Below are positions 40,048 to 51,299 of a DNA stretch of 64,000 bases, one piece after another; within the stretch, counting starts at the first letter, position 1; each line of letters starts with the position of its first letter. The stretch spans positions 744,001 through 808,000 of the forward strand of contig RDEW01000014.1 of the NCBI GenBank assembly GCA_011109175.1, in the 5' to 3' direction. This stretch comes from Dicyema japonicum. Its lineage: Eukaryota; Animalia; Dicyemida. The notes under the pieces were generated by a model. That model saw only the letters and a program-made list of their open reading frames with translations. It ran no database searches and had not been told where the DNA came from. A program made the translations under genes and the position numbers.

Positions 40048-41064
40048 GCCAGAATAGTCCAACTCAACATAAATGGAATCAAGAACAAGATACTCGAACT
40101 TCGGGCATTAGTGAAAGAAAATCACATTGATCTGTTGCTATTTCAAGAGTCTAAACTTTCTCCAAAGAATTCAACAACAGTATTTCCGGGATTCACAGTA
40201 ATTAGCCGTGACAGAATTGGCAAACTTGGTGGAGGTCTTCTCACAGTTATCCGCAACGGCATTTCGTTTGAGGACTTAACTAACATTGCTTACACTATGC
40301 TTAAAGGATATGGAAATCTCGAACTTTTGGTTACCAAAGTACGATTCCCAAGACTATCAATAATAATTGTCAACGCATATCTCCCACCGTTGAGTTCCTG
40401 CCGTCCAGTGCTCCCAGACTCACTTTTCTCGCATTACTGAAGGATGTGTTATCTGTGGTGACTTCAATGCGAAGCACCCACTGTGGCTGACAGGACAAAC
40501 CTACGACAAAAGAGGGAAGATGATAATTGAGGACCTACACAGCCTATGTATACTCAACGATCCTGCACCCCATACAAGAGCACCTACTCGACGTAACGAT
40601 GAACCTTCTTCTATCGACATCTCATTGTCATCACCGTCCTTGGCTTCTCTTATTGACTGCTCAGTGAAGTATGACACCAGGAGTGACCACAATCCAATAT
40701 TTTTGGAGGTCAAAACGAGGTCACGGATAAAAGGACAATGTCCAACGATAACTAATTACAGCCTTGCGAATTAAAGAGGATTCAAGGATTACGTCGATAA
40801 TTGAATTGGACTATTAAATTTCCCCACTCCTGGATCCTATTTACTAGTCAGGATGTTCGCAGAGCCATATCCAAAGCCAACAACAGAGACTAAAGGACCA
40901 GACAACATAACCACATGTGAACTGAAGCACCTAGGCCATCGAGCCCTGGAACTATTAGCCTATATCTTCAACCTATCCATTAACACAAATACAATCCCTG
41001 AAATATGGAAGAAGTCTCTAATCAGACCTATCCGAAAACCCAACAAACCAATAGATGAACCATC

Positions 41065-42251
41065 GGAGTGCGGAAAAAAAGTCAAGTTGTCTTTTTTTAG
41101 TTTATATCGCATTTTTTGTGATACTACTAAGCATCTTTTAATTTTTAAAAATTTTTTCAATACTTGACTTTTTTTCCGCTTGACTTTTTTCCATTTTTGA
41201 AAATTTTTCCCTTATAAATTTTCGAAAATAGCGCAAAACGGAAAAAAAGTCAAGTCGTTAAACGAAATTTACGGACTTGACTTTTTTTCCGCTTTGGTAT
41301 AATCGCTTTTGACTAAATCAATTTTAAGAATTTCAAATTTTTTTTATTATCAAATGAATAAAAATTAAATTAAAGCATCTGAATGGCCATGCTATTTCCC
41401 CTAACAATAGCCAACGAGATACGTTCTCGGAACCAACTAGTCTCTTGCGGATCCTTGGTCACAGCTTGAATCATGGAGCCGATCTTACGAACCAACTCAT
41501 CTACTTGGGGCCAAGGATTCCTAATATAATAAAATTGACTTAACTTTTTTCGCTTTGGTTTAATCTTTTTGACTTAATCAATATACGGATTTTAATTCCT
41601 TTGGAAAAAGAATTTCAACAAGAACAAATAAAAAACGATTGATAGACAAAAAAAAATTTTTAAATATATGTCTGGATCGCCAGGACGGAAAAAAACAGTA
41701 GGAGAAGCCCTAAAAGCAATTGCATGGAATATTAAATATTCTTTTGACTCACATTAAATAATCCTTGATTCAGGTTAAATAAAAATCATATGTTATAACA
41801 TTTTAAAAAAATTTTAAAAGTAGAAAAAATTATTTTAGAATTTATTTTCCACCACGTGTTAGTTTTAGTTGTGGCGGGACATTTTAATTCATTAACATTA
41901 GCCAAAATTAACTATTTAAATAATTTGTTATTCTAAACTCGCTTACTTTTAAATGAAACGATTACTGAAAAAATCTTAATTTATAAACGGAAAAAAGTCA
42001 AGTCCGTAATTTCGTTAACGGACTTGACTTTTTTTCCGTTTTGCGCTAAATTTCGAAAATTATAAGGGAAAAATTTTCAAAAATGGAAAAAAAAGTCAGT
42101 ATTGAAAAAAATTTTAAAATTAAAAGATGCTAGTAGTATCACAAAAATGCTATATAAACTAAAAAAAGACAACTTGACTTTTTTTCCGCTTACGGACTTG
42201 ACTTTTTTTCCGCTTGACCTTTTTTTCCACTTGACTTTTTTTCCTACAACC
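41065..42251 (+). mobile_element. Non-autonomous deletion derivative of the Phantom/MULE element
   Basis: 8-bp TSD GAACCATC (41057-41064 and 42252-42259). Long TIRs and internal parts match 44050-44168 and 45529-45920. About 1.36 kb of transposase is deleted. Confidence 0.95.
41337..41520 (-). mobile_element. CRE-like 3' fragment inserted in the MULE derivative
   Basis: GILGPQVDELVRKIG..DPQETSWFRERISLAIVRGNS with an A-rich tail. Absent from the 43754 copy. Confidence 0.8.
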
Positions 42252-43753
42252 GAACCATCTTCCTATCGCCCAATATCTATTCTAAGTCTGGTCTCAAGGA
42301 TCCTTGAAAGGCTTGTTTTGGAAAAATACAAGACTCAATCTCAATACCTCCGACCCAGCACGGATTCCGGGATAACCATACGACCACAACACACCTTACA
42401 ATTCTCACACAATTCATTGCGGAAGGATTTAACTCCCCAAACCCATCAGAGGACAGTACTTAAATATCCGTGGATCACAAAAAGCGTTCGACTCAGTCCC
42501 TAGGAAACTCCTAACAAAGAAAATATACGAAACCAACATCCATTCGAACCTGAAACTTTGGCTTGGAAAACTTCCTAAATGGAAGACGAGCACAAGTACC
42601 TGCAACAACATCAAATCAAGATCTCGCTATTTCCCCAAATGGAGTTCCTCAAGGCTCTCCACTATCACCCCAACTCTTCATCTCTACATAAACGACATGC
42701 ACAAACCTGTAATGAAAACTGTCTAATCCTCTCCTATGCCGACAATATCATTCTTGCCTTCCAAGGAACAGAAGCATTCAATCAGCGACTCAGTTCGTCG
42801 AAAAATGCTTGAAAAGCTGGAACTATGGCTTCCGAAGACGGGGAGGCTCGACACATCAGCAACAAAGTCCTTGTCACGTTGTTTACCACTTACAAAAGAC
42901 AGCTCTGTGTCGAACAAAAAATCATTAAGAACGTGGTTATTCCTATTAACAAAACACCGAAGGATTCTGGGAGTCACCTTTGATAAGGGATTCTCCTTTA
43001 TCCGAAATGTTGAAAACAAAGTAACTTTTGCTCTGAAGAAAATGAGAATTTTAAAAGTGCTCTCAAAAACACATAGAGACCAAACTGGTGGCCTTACCAC
43101 GATTTATGAACAATTTATCCGACCAATGATGACGTATGCAAATCCTTCATGGGCAACGCACACTTCACGATCCTCCTCATTGAAACTATCCGCAATCGAG
43201 GAGACTGCAATAAGGTTAATTGGACCAAAGACACAGAATCCACCCATTGAAAATTTCTTAATTCGAATTACAACGGAAACTCTTAAAGGAGGCTATCCTC
43301 TATTCCATACACTATCGAAATATCTACAATCATACAGAAATTTTGAACCGATGCCATGTCCAATGAGAAGAGCTGTTCAGGATTCTCGACCCCGCCGGAC
43401 TCGTCCTCTCCTTTGTCGATCTGGGATCACTTAGTTAGATGAGAACTTCTTTGGTAATAATAATAGGACACTTTGGTTTGGATTTCACCAAAACTCTTCA
43501 GGCTAGCTACTGACTTCAACGTACGAAATTTATTATTGGAGGCTTTCGATTTAAAAGCCATCCACCTCGAGGTAGTCTTCCAAATCTTGCTTGAGATAGT
43601 AGGAAAACTTCCTACATCCACTCAACTTTGTCCTCCTTATTCTCCTGGTCGATAATCGCCTGGAGAGATATGATATTTGCCCAGCTCTCCTGTTGAGAAA
43701 TTGTATTAGGGAGTCTTGCATCAATTTCTTGCACTCTGAACAGCCCTCGGACC

Positions 43754-46209
43754 GGTTGTAGGAAAAAAAGTCAAGTGGAAAAAAAAGTCAAGCGGAAAAA
43801 AAGTCAAGTCCGTAAGCGGAAAAAAAGTCAAGCGGAAAAAAGTCAAGTTGTCTTTTTTTAGTTTATATCGCATTTTTGTGATACTACTAGCATCTTTTAA
43901 TTTTTAAAAATTTTTTCAATACTTGACTTTTTTTCCGCTTGACTTTTTTTCTATTTTTGAAAATTTTTCCCTTATAAATTTTCGAAATTTAGCGCAAAAT
44001 GGAAAAAAAGTCAAGTCCGCTAACGAAATCACGGACTTGACTTTTTTTCCGCTTTGGTATAATCGCTTTGACTAAATCAATTTAAGAATTTCAAGGTAAT
44101 AATAAAATTGACTTAACTTTTTTCGCTTTGGTTTAATCTTTTTGACTTAATCAATATACGGATTTTAAGGTTATAATTAGGCGTATTTTAAATATTATGC
44201 TTTCCGCAAAAAATAAGAGACAAAATGGAGATAATATCAACTAACAAAGGAGGAAAGAAAATTTGTTTCAAAGGTTATATGTATACAAAGCACTCGACAA
44301 CAAAAAATTATATAATTTTTAATTGTGTAAAAAATCTTGACAATGATGCAGAGGAAGCTTAAGAACAGATCATAACTTTAAGTTTCCTAAAGAAGGAATC
44401 TCTCACAATCACGAATTTGACGAAACTCAAATAAAACTGATGAAGTTGTGCAACAAAGTAAAACTTATTGCAAAAAAGAGCCAAGAGAATTTTTTACAAA
44501 TCTATTCAAATGTTGTTTCTCAATGTGATACAGCATCCAGAATTATTCTCCCTTCTGCAGATTCTTTCAAGCGAACAATAAGGAATCAACGCTTGTCTCT
44601 ACCTATTCCAAAAAATATTTTCGATCTCGGAGATATTCCATCGTCTTTATCTTTAACTCTTGGTCCAGATTCAGAAAATTTTTTAATTTATGATAATCAT
44701 AGAAGAACCGATAGAATATTGATATTCAGCACCAAAACTAATATAACGTTATTGGCGAATTCAAAATCATGGTATATGGATGGAAATTTCTCCATGGCAC
44801 CATGTATCTTCAAGCAAATCTATTTTATCAGGATTCAGTTCAATGCCAGTGCAATTACAGTTATTTATGGAATATTACCTTCTAAATCACGAAAGATTTA
44901 CGAAGAATTTTTTGAGGCTATTCAAAATGCAATTCATAATTTGAATTTGGAATTTTGTCTTGAAACTATTATGGCAGACTTTGAAGATTCGGTATTTCGA
45001 GCTGTCCTTGCAGTATTTGGGAGACGAATACATATTAGAGGATGTTATTATCATCTAAGACAGTCAACCTGGAGAAAAATTCAAGAATTGCATCTAGTAA
45101 AACAATATAAAGAAAATATTAATTTTAACATTTTTTGCGCAATGATAGACGCTCTTGCGTTTTTACCCATTCAAGATATGGAAGAAGGAATAGAATTCCT
45201 AATGAATAATATGCCAGAAAATGTTCCAGATTCAAAATATATATTAGATTATTTTGATAGAACATATGTTCGCGGTTATTATCGTTGCTTAAATGATCGA
45301 GAAAACCCCTTAGCTGTTAGAATACAGCACATTGCTCCATTGTTTCCTCCAAATTTATGGAATGTGTATGAAGCTACACTCAATAATAAACAAAGAACAA
45401 ATAACTATTGTGAAGGGTGGAACAATAAATTATACAATTTGACGGGATATCGTCATCCATCGATATGGAATATTATATCGTCATTCCAAAAAGAAGAAAA
45501 AATGACGAAAACTATTATTGACCAGGATTCCTTTGGAAAAAGAATTTCAACAAGAACAAATAAAAAAACGATTGATAGACAAAAAAGGCTTTTAAATATA
45601 TGTCTGGATCGCCAGGACGGAAAAAAACAGTAGGAGAAGCCCTAAAAGCAATTGCATGGAATATTAAATATTCTTTTGATTCACATTAAATAATCCCTTG
45701 ATTCTCGTTAAATAAAAATCATATGTTTATAACATTTTAAAAAATTTTAAAAGTAGAAAAAATCTGTTTTATTTTTAGAATTTATTTCCACCACGTGTAG
45801 TTTTAGTTGTGGCGGGACATTTTAATTCATTAACATTAGCCAAAATTAACTATTTAAATAATTTGTTATAAACTCGCTTACTTTAAAATGAAACGATCAT
45901 GAATAAAAATCTTAATTTATAAACGGAAAAAAAGTCAAGTCCGTAATTTCGTTAACGGACTTGACTTTTTTTCCGTTTTGCGCTAAATTTCGAAAATTTA
46001 TAAGGGAAAAATTTTCAAAAATGGAAAAAAAGTCAAGCGGAAAAAAAGTCAAGTATTGAAAAAATTTTTAAAAATTAAAAGATGCTAGTAGTATCACAAA
46101 AATGCGATATAAACTAAAAAAAGACAACTTGACTTGACTTTTTTCCGCTTACGGACTTGACTTTTTTTCCGCTTGACTTTTTTTCCACTTGACTTTTTTT
46201 CCGCACTCC
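43754..46209 (+). mobile_element. Near-intact Phantom/Mutator DNA transposon with about 300-bp complex TIRs
   Basis: 8-bp TSD CTCGGACC (43746-43753 and 46210-46217). TIRs are built from GGAAAAAAAGTCAAG units, with a 19-bp perfect hairpin at 44001-44050. Confidence 0.97.
44225..45689 (+). CDS. MULE transposase with FLYWCH-like N-terminus
   Basis: KGGKKICFKGYMYT..C..CRG..HNH, WYMDGNF, IMADFE, GCYYHLRQ, RTNNYCEGWNN (DDE triad and CxxH present). Main ORF is 44440-45633; 1-nt shifts near 44345 and 45625 extend it. Confidence 0.92.
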
Positions 46210-46349
46210 CTCGGACCACGTCGCCTGCGTTCTCATTGGTTTGCCCACCGGTTCATTCACAGAAAGGTCCGTAGGTAATGTCCCACTCTGATTAGTAGAA
46301 ACAAACGTGTTCATCACCACAAGATATTAATTTTTTATGTTATATATAA

Positions 46350-46750
46350 AAGTGCTTCGTTTAAATTTTTTACAGTTTTAGTTGATTCTTCAGTCAAGAT
46401 TTCTTGTCAAAATTTGATTAAACTTTTTATGATCCTCTGAAACAAATAAAATATTATTTCATTACTTGTGATTGAGGATAATTTGGTCTTCCATAAATAT
46501 GCCTGATTTCCACAGGAGTAAACATGATAAAACCACATTAACCATGACATCTGACACCTCGTTAAAATGATCGACTGACAGGTGACATGTAGCTAGCGTG
46601 GGATAAAAATAATCTGTGTTAATAATAATAAATCTGTGATAATAAAAATTCATTCATTTAATTAAAATGTCACGTTAGTGTGGCTACTTGAATTGAAGAT
46701 TTTTTGTATGTTTCTTCTATTCCTCCTCTTCCATTTTGGCTCCAGGGAGC
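46350..46750 (-). mobile_element. Ginger/TDD-like rve integrase remnant with a 29-nt intron
   Basis: LSVDHF, IRHIYGRPNYPQSQ|..KFNQILTRNL. GT-AG segment at 46437-46465. Confidence 0.5.
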
Positions 46751-47297
46751 TTGAATGTTAGCGTGCGTCATGTGGTTCACCATGACGCCAGATATTAAAA
46801 AATTATATCCAAAAAGGACCATTACTCAACAACCATCAATAGGAGTTCCATAGGACGGCAATTCATCATGTCCGAGCAGTGAAGACTGCCAAGGGAGGTT
46901 GGAATCACCTGATTTTTTCATTCTGACTATGACAGTGGTTTTCTGGTACAATAAATTAATTAAATGAAGCATGAAAAACATTTTTTTTCGGATACACACA
47001 GAAAAGAATACCAACAGATGCTAGAATTGATCGGATTGGGAGAAAACTGCTTTTCAGTCTTCTTTGACATTCTACAAATATTTCTAAAAGAATAACGGTT
47101 CAGATACAGGAAATTGACGAAACTCTGGAGGAACATCGGACATTTCTTGAAAATGTCATTAGAAATACCGGATCACATAACTAGTAAATCTTTCTATCCC
47201 CCAAAACTGAAGTTAATACACATGCCTATCTTATCAATGGATTAATCATTGTGAAATCAGGTACACAGTACACAACAAATAATCAAAAATAACAAAA

Positions 47298-49177
47298 TCA
47301 TTCGGAAACTATATAACACATTAATGACTCCCAAATTAAAATAATGTCGCCATCTCAAGCAGCTTGAAGTTATGCAGAGTTATCAAATGTAACAAAAAAT
47401 TATGGCATAGCATATTATCGACCAGAGTTTTCTTGTACTTCTCCACAAAGTTCTGACAAGTAACCACCAGATGAGAATCTCCCAGGCACCTAACAATCAG
47501 ATTTATCATTAAGACCTATTATCAGACAGAAATAGATTCCATAACTTCATCATTTCCTTCTCCCCTTCGTTTACATCGCTAAAATCCTCCATTAACTAAA
47601 AATATAGCCTAAATGAATACATCAGTCATCATGTAGACCAACCAGGCATATTCCGTTGATTTATCAGGCAAAGTCAGCTCATCCATTACTCACGGCTGCA
47701 AGGTCATTTGAATATAAAACAGCCTGAAATATCAAACACGTGCAAACTGAGAAGGCAAAGCGTGGACAGAAAGACCGGTCCTCTATGACTTCTTCTACTT
47801 GTTAACATACAGCATTATAGTCTCTGGTTTCCAGTACGACGGTTCGTAAGGTAGAAATCCCTTGATCTCCAATTTGTGACTTCTCATAGGGTTACCCTCG
47901 TAGGATCCGTCGAAGAATCCGTTAATTCCAATCTGAATGATCAAATTCCCCTCGCCCTTTGAGCTAACAAGGATCGACGACCACACAGTTGAAGGTCAGA
48001 CGGTTGTGGCTGTGCTTCAAATGAATCATCAGCGTCTTCAGGCTATAACAGTCGACGTTGCAGAAGGGACAAATAAACCCCAACTTTGAGCAAAAATTCT
48101 TTTGGTGTTTTCGGTTGAAATTAAACTCGAAAATAATTTTTATATCCCGAAACAGCCGATTCCCAGAAAGCCCTTAAATTTATAGCATTTTAACTTTTAG
48201 ACGGACTTGTGATCTCTCCAGCGTGTTCTATGGATTTATCGACGGTAAAGCTGATCATTGGGTGATTTCCATCAGTAGGGCCATGGAGATAATTTACTCC
48301 GCCTAGAAAGATTCCGTCTGTTGGAATCAACGAGGCAAAGTAATCTCCCGCAAGAATCTGGTTTCTGAACGAATTGGCGAAAAATGGAAGTGTGCAATAA
48401 TAAAGCCCGCCAATTTGGTTTTCTTGAATAAAAATAAACTTAACCAATTTTAAGTTGAAAGACCACCGTAGATGGGCGTAAATAGTCAGGATAACACTCA
48501 AAGGACAAAATCGCTTCATTTGATGAACTTGTCACCAATTTCCCCTCTCTAAACATCATTTTCAGCATTTTTTCCGAAATTCTGGAATATTTGGACAAAT
48601 CCTAGTCTTGGAAAGCCAAAAAATACATGGTAATTCGACAGTTTCCCTCTGATGATGAAAATGGAAAGAGATAGGGCAGTATCGGAGACTTTGATAAAGA
48701 AAATGGAAACCATTGGGTAATCTTAAATTTGTGATTGCCAATTTGAAGAGAATTTTGATCTTACATTTGTTGACTCTTTCCAAGAGGGAGTCTACAAAAT
48801 GGGAATTCTTGGGGAATTTTCTTTTAGTTTTAAAGTTGGTTCGGAAATAGGAGAGATTTCGCTTCAAAAAGATGGGCTAAAAATTAAAAAGTAAAATTAA
48901 TGTTAATTCAGAAGTACTCACTGAATAGGAATGCCTCATTTTTAGGAAATCATAGATTTGGACAGCCTCTTGAATTAATACATTACAAACTTGAAATTCC
49001 ATCCAAAAATATTTTATAGCTTAGGTTTGTATCCTTTACTGACTTCTTGGTTTTCTTCTGTGAGTTGATTTCTACTTTGAATACAAGATTTGAAGTACCT
49101 GACTGTTTTTTATTTAGAATGCGTTTATTCTCATTAGAAGCATCATTATTTTGCTTTGAATTACTTTTTCTTCTCAT
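47298..49177 (-). CDS. SUZ12: Polycomb repressive complex 2 subunit SUZ12
   Basis: Spliced motifs: FLDGISKAVQIYDFLKMRHSYSPIFLKRNLSY, zinc finger CPFCNVDC..LMIHLKHSHNRLTF, FDGSYEGNP, VEFS box EDFSDVNEGEKEMMKLWNL..CHNFLLHL. Introns include 49075-49098, 48969-48990 and 48877-48921. The 3' end and some middle exons are uncertain, and frameshifts are present. Confidence 0.93.
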
Positions 49178-50153
49178 AATCAGACTTTCAGGACACAGAG
49201 GTCTTGAGCACTATAGATTTTAAATAATTAATTATAATATCAATATTTTTATTTTTAATTATTAAAAGATTTAAATTCCGATTATTAGTTAAAATTAAAA
49301 ATAAACATAAATTCGATCCCTCAGCTACCCTCTGATAAAACAAAGTCAACGGCAATACATGACCACATCTCCACTAAAAAAATCCAAAGACTGGTTTGGA
49401 ACGATCTACCGGATGCCCCTCCCACTAGTTGCATGACTCGGAGACTACCCTAGGCAGAGATTGAGGAGGACACTAGTGCAATTACTTTCTAGACTCTTCT
49501 GCCTATAAGACGAATCGGGCTTTTAGTTTCTCCACCGGACCAGTTATCATTGATTCTACAAGAATCTTTCTCCTGCTCAGGACTTCACTTTTTTGATCAC
49601 TTCAGCAATTTGTTACTGTATGATTTAACTTTCTCTATATTTTGTTTCTTTTTGTTTCTCTTGAAACAAAACTTAGAGATTGTTAATGATTTCAAGTGAT
49701 GGACTGGCTTTATCAATCCGGACAGTATCAACAGCCCGGACGCTATGACATACGACAATTACTAACTAACATAAATTCGAAAGTGATATTGTTGTTGAAT
49801 GTTTCTCAATCTCGGGAAATCACCATCCTCTGCGGTCACCATACAGCATTAAGGGCTATATAACAACATCAGACGATTGCTTTCATCTTGTTCCCCTTTT
49901 GCCTTTTAGTAGAACAATAGACAAGGTCCCTCTATTGAATTGATTCATTTTACTTAACATTTATAGTGTCCAATTTTTTAATTACTTTATTGTTTTTGGT
50001 GGTTTTCTTAATTAAAAAGAATGAGTAGATATAAAATGCTACATGATGGTCATTTTTTTATTTTTGATAAAAGATTATAGAATATAATTATTAATATTTA
50101 GTATTACTTTCACTATCAGTTCTCTATTTTTAAGTGTTTTTATCACTACCAAC

Positions 50154-50273
50154 TTGTACGATCATTCTTGGCCGTAACCACCTGTACTCTGCCGATCACA
50201 GAAGTTAAGCGGCTATGGGCTGTATTAGTACTTGGCGGGGTGACCTGCCTGGGAACTCACAGTGTTGTACGTT
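50154..50273 (+). rRNA. 5S rRNA (divergent)
   Basis: About 120 nt with GATC..GAAGTTAAGC, TTAGTACTTGG..GGTGACC.CCTGGGAA motifs. Terminal stem GTACGA/TTGTAC, followed by a T6 tract. Confidence 0.92.
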
Positions 50274-50277
50274 TTTT
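50272..50277 (+). terminator. Pol III oligo-T terminator of the 5S gene
   Basis: TTTTTT immediately after the 5S 3' stem. Confidence 0.75.
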
Positions 50278-50297
50278 AATTTGAGTTTACTGAATTA

Positions 50298-50414
50298 TAA
50301 AAAATGTATTTAAAATGCATAAATAATTAATTAACACAGCCATCCCTCCAAACAGGACCCCGCCGACATAATCGACGTTGCGTTGCTTTTCACGATTGCA
50401 ACAGAGATCAACTG
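50298..50414 (-). mobile_element. 117-bp 5'-truncated CRE-like insertion with 13-bp TSD
   Basis: GTTTACTGAATTA at 50285-50297 and 50415-50427. The insert is the reverse complement of the CRE 3' end at about 36833-36940. Confidence 0.85.
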
Positions 50415-50544
50415 GTTTACTGAATTAAAATATTAATTTGTAAATTTGTTTGTTCCGCCCTTAATACTCCCCACATTTCTAAAATGATACCACTTTATTG
50501 CCTTAAATTAACAAAAACCAATTAAAATCAATTTTTACGACGAG

Positions 50545-51150
50545 GGCTTCATTATGGCATGCAGGCATTGAACACGTAATAGGAGTTACCCCTCATAATC
50601 GCGATTCCATGTTCTGGAAGAGGTATCGCGTCATTATAGGCTCTCCCTTCCACAGTTTTTATTAACCTGATAAACTTTGACGTGATGGGGTCAAGCACAA
50701 CATACGTCTCAACGGAGATCGACTAGAAGACGAACCGATCTCCAATGTTGCGGTTTTCCTCTTTTAAAATCTTCCGTATTACTTGCTTTAGATACCGCGT
50801 AAAGCGGTGACATGAGCAGATTCACGTTTGAGAAAGTATTCGTTGAGTTTTATGCAAGACACCTCTATTGGCTTCATGAATGATCGTTTTTCCACGCGGC
50901 CTCTTGCCATCACTTCTGTCATGTCCGAAGGGTTCCAGATAGGATATAAACCCGGTGTCTTCGATAGCTTCCATGACAGTCAAGTTTAGCATGGAGGAAA
51001 TCTCACGGCACTCCTCCTGTATCAAAAAAGATTTAGACCTTTCATGTAAACTGTTCCATAGCATTGGCATTGGTGTTACAAGCAGAGATCGAGGCCTCGC
51101 CAAACAACAACTCCAACACGAATAGTATCGTCATCCAATTGAGTACCAAC
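50545..51150 (-). mobile_element. CRE-like 3' portion
   Basis: GTQLDDDTIRVG, HQCQC, YLEPFGHDRSDGKRP, IAIMRGNS. Confidence 0.8.
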
Positions 51151-51299
51151 TATGCAAACCAAGGAAGCATTAAGCAATGACCACAGATTGCCTCAATTTT
51201 TTTTAAAAAATTTACTACAAAGTTGAGTTTTTTAGAATGAGAATATATTCTATTATCACGAAGAAAACTGAAAAGAGTGTCAGATCCGCTAACTTCTAA

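Larger units (their letters stand above)
39907..43440 (+). mobile_element. Ingi/Vingi-like LINE with N-terminal 2A peptide, APE and RT, split by a MULE insertion
   Basis: GDVEANPGP, IVQLNINGI, LFQESKL, GDFNA, SDHNPI, KGPDNI, PIDEP|SSYRPIS (interrupted at 41065-42251), GVPQGSPLSP, YADN, ILGVTFD, SGIT*. Confidence 0.9.

Noticed and set aside
42102-42300. 133-aa ORF with LTFFP repeats
   Set aside because: It is a translation of the TIR repeat units running into the LINE RT.
43754-43860. CRISPR-like array of GGAAAAAAAGTCAAG repeats
   Set aside because: No unique spacers, eukaryotic context, and the repeats are subterminal units of MULE TIRs.
47930-47990. APE-like start (IIQIGINGF) with an eroded 2A
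   Set aside because: The region is SUZ12 coding sequence following the zinc finger (INGFFDGSYEGNP).
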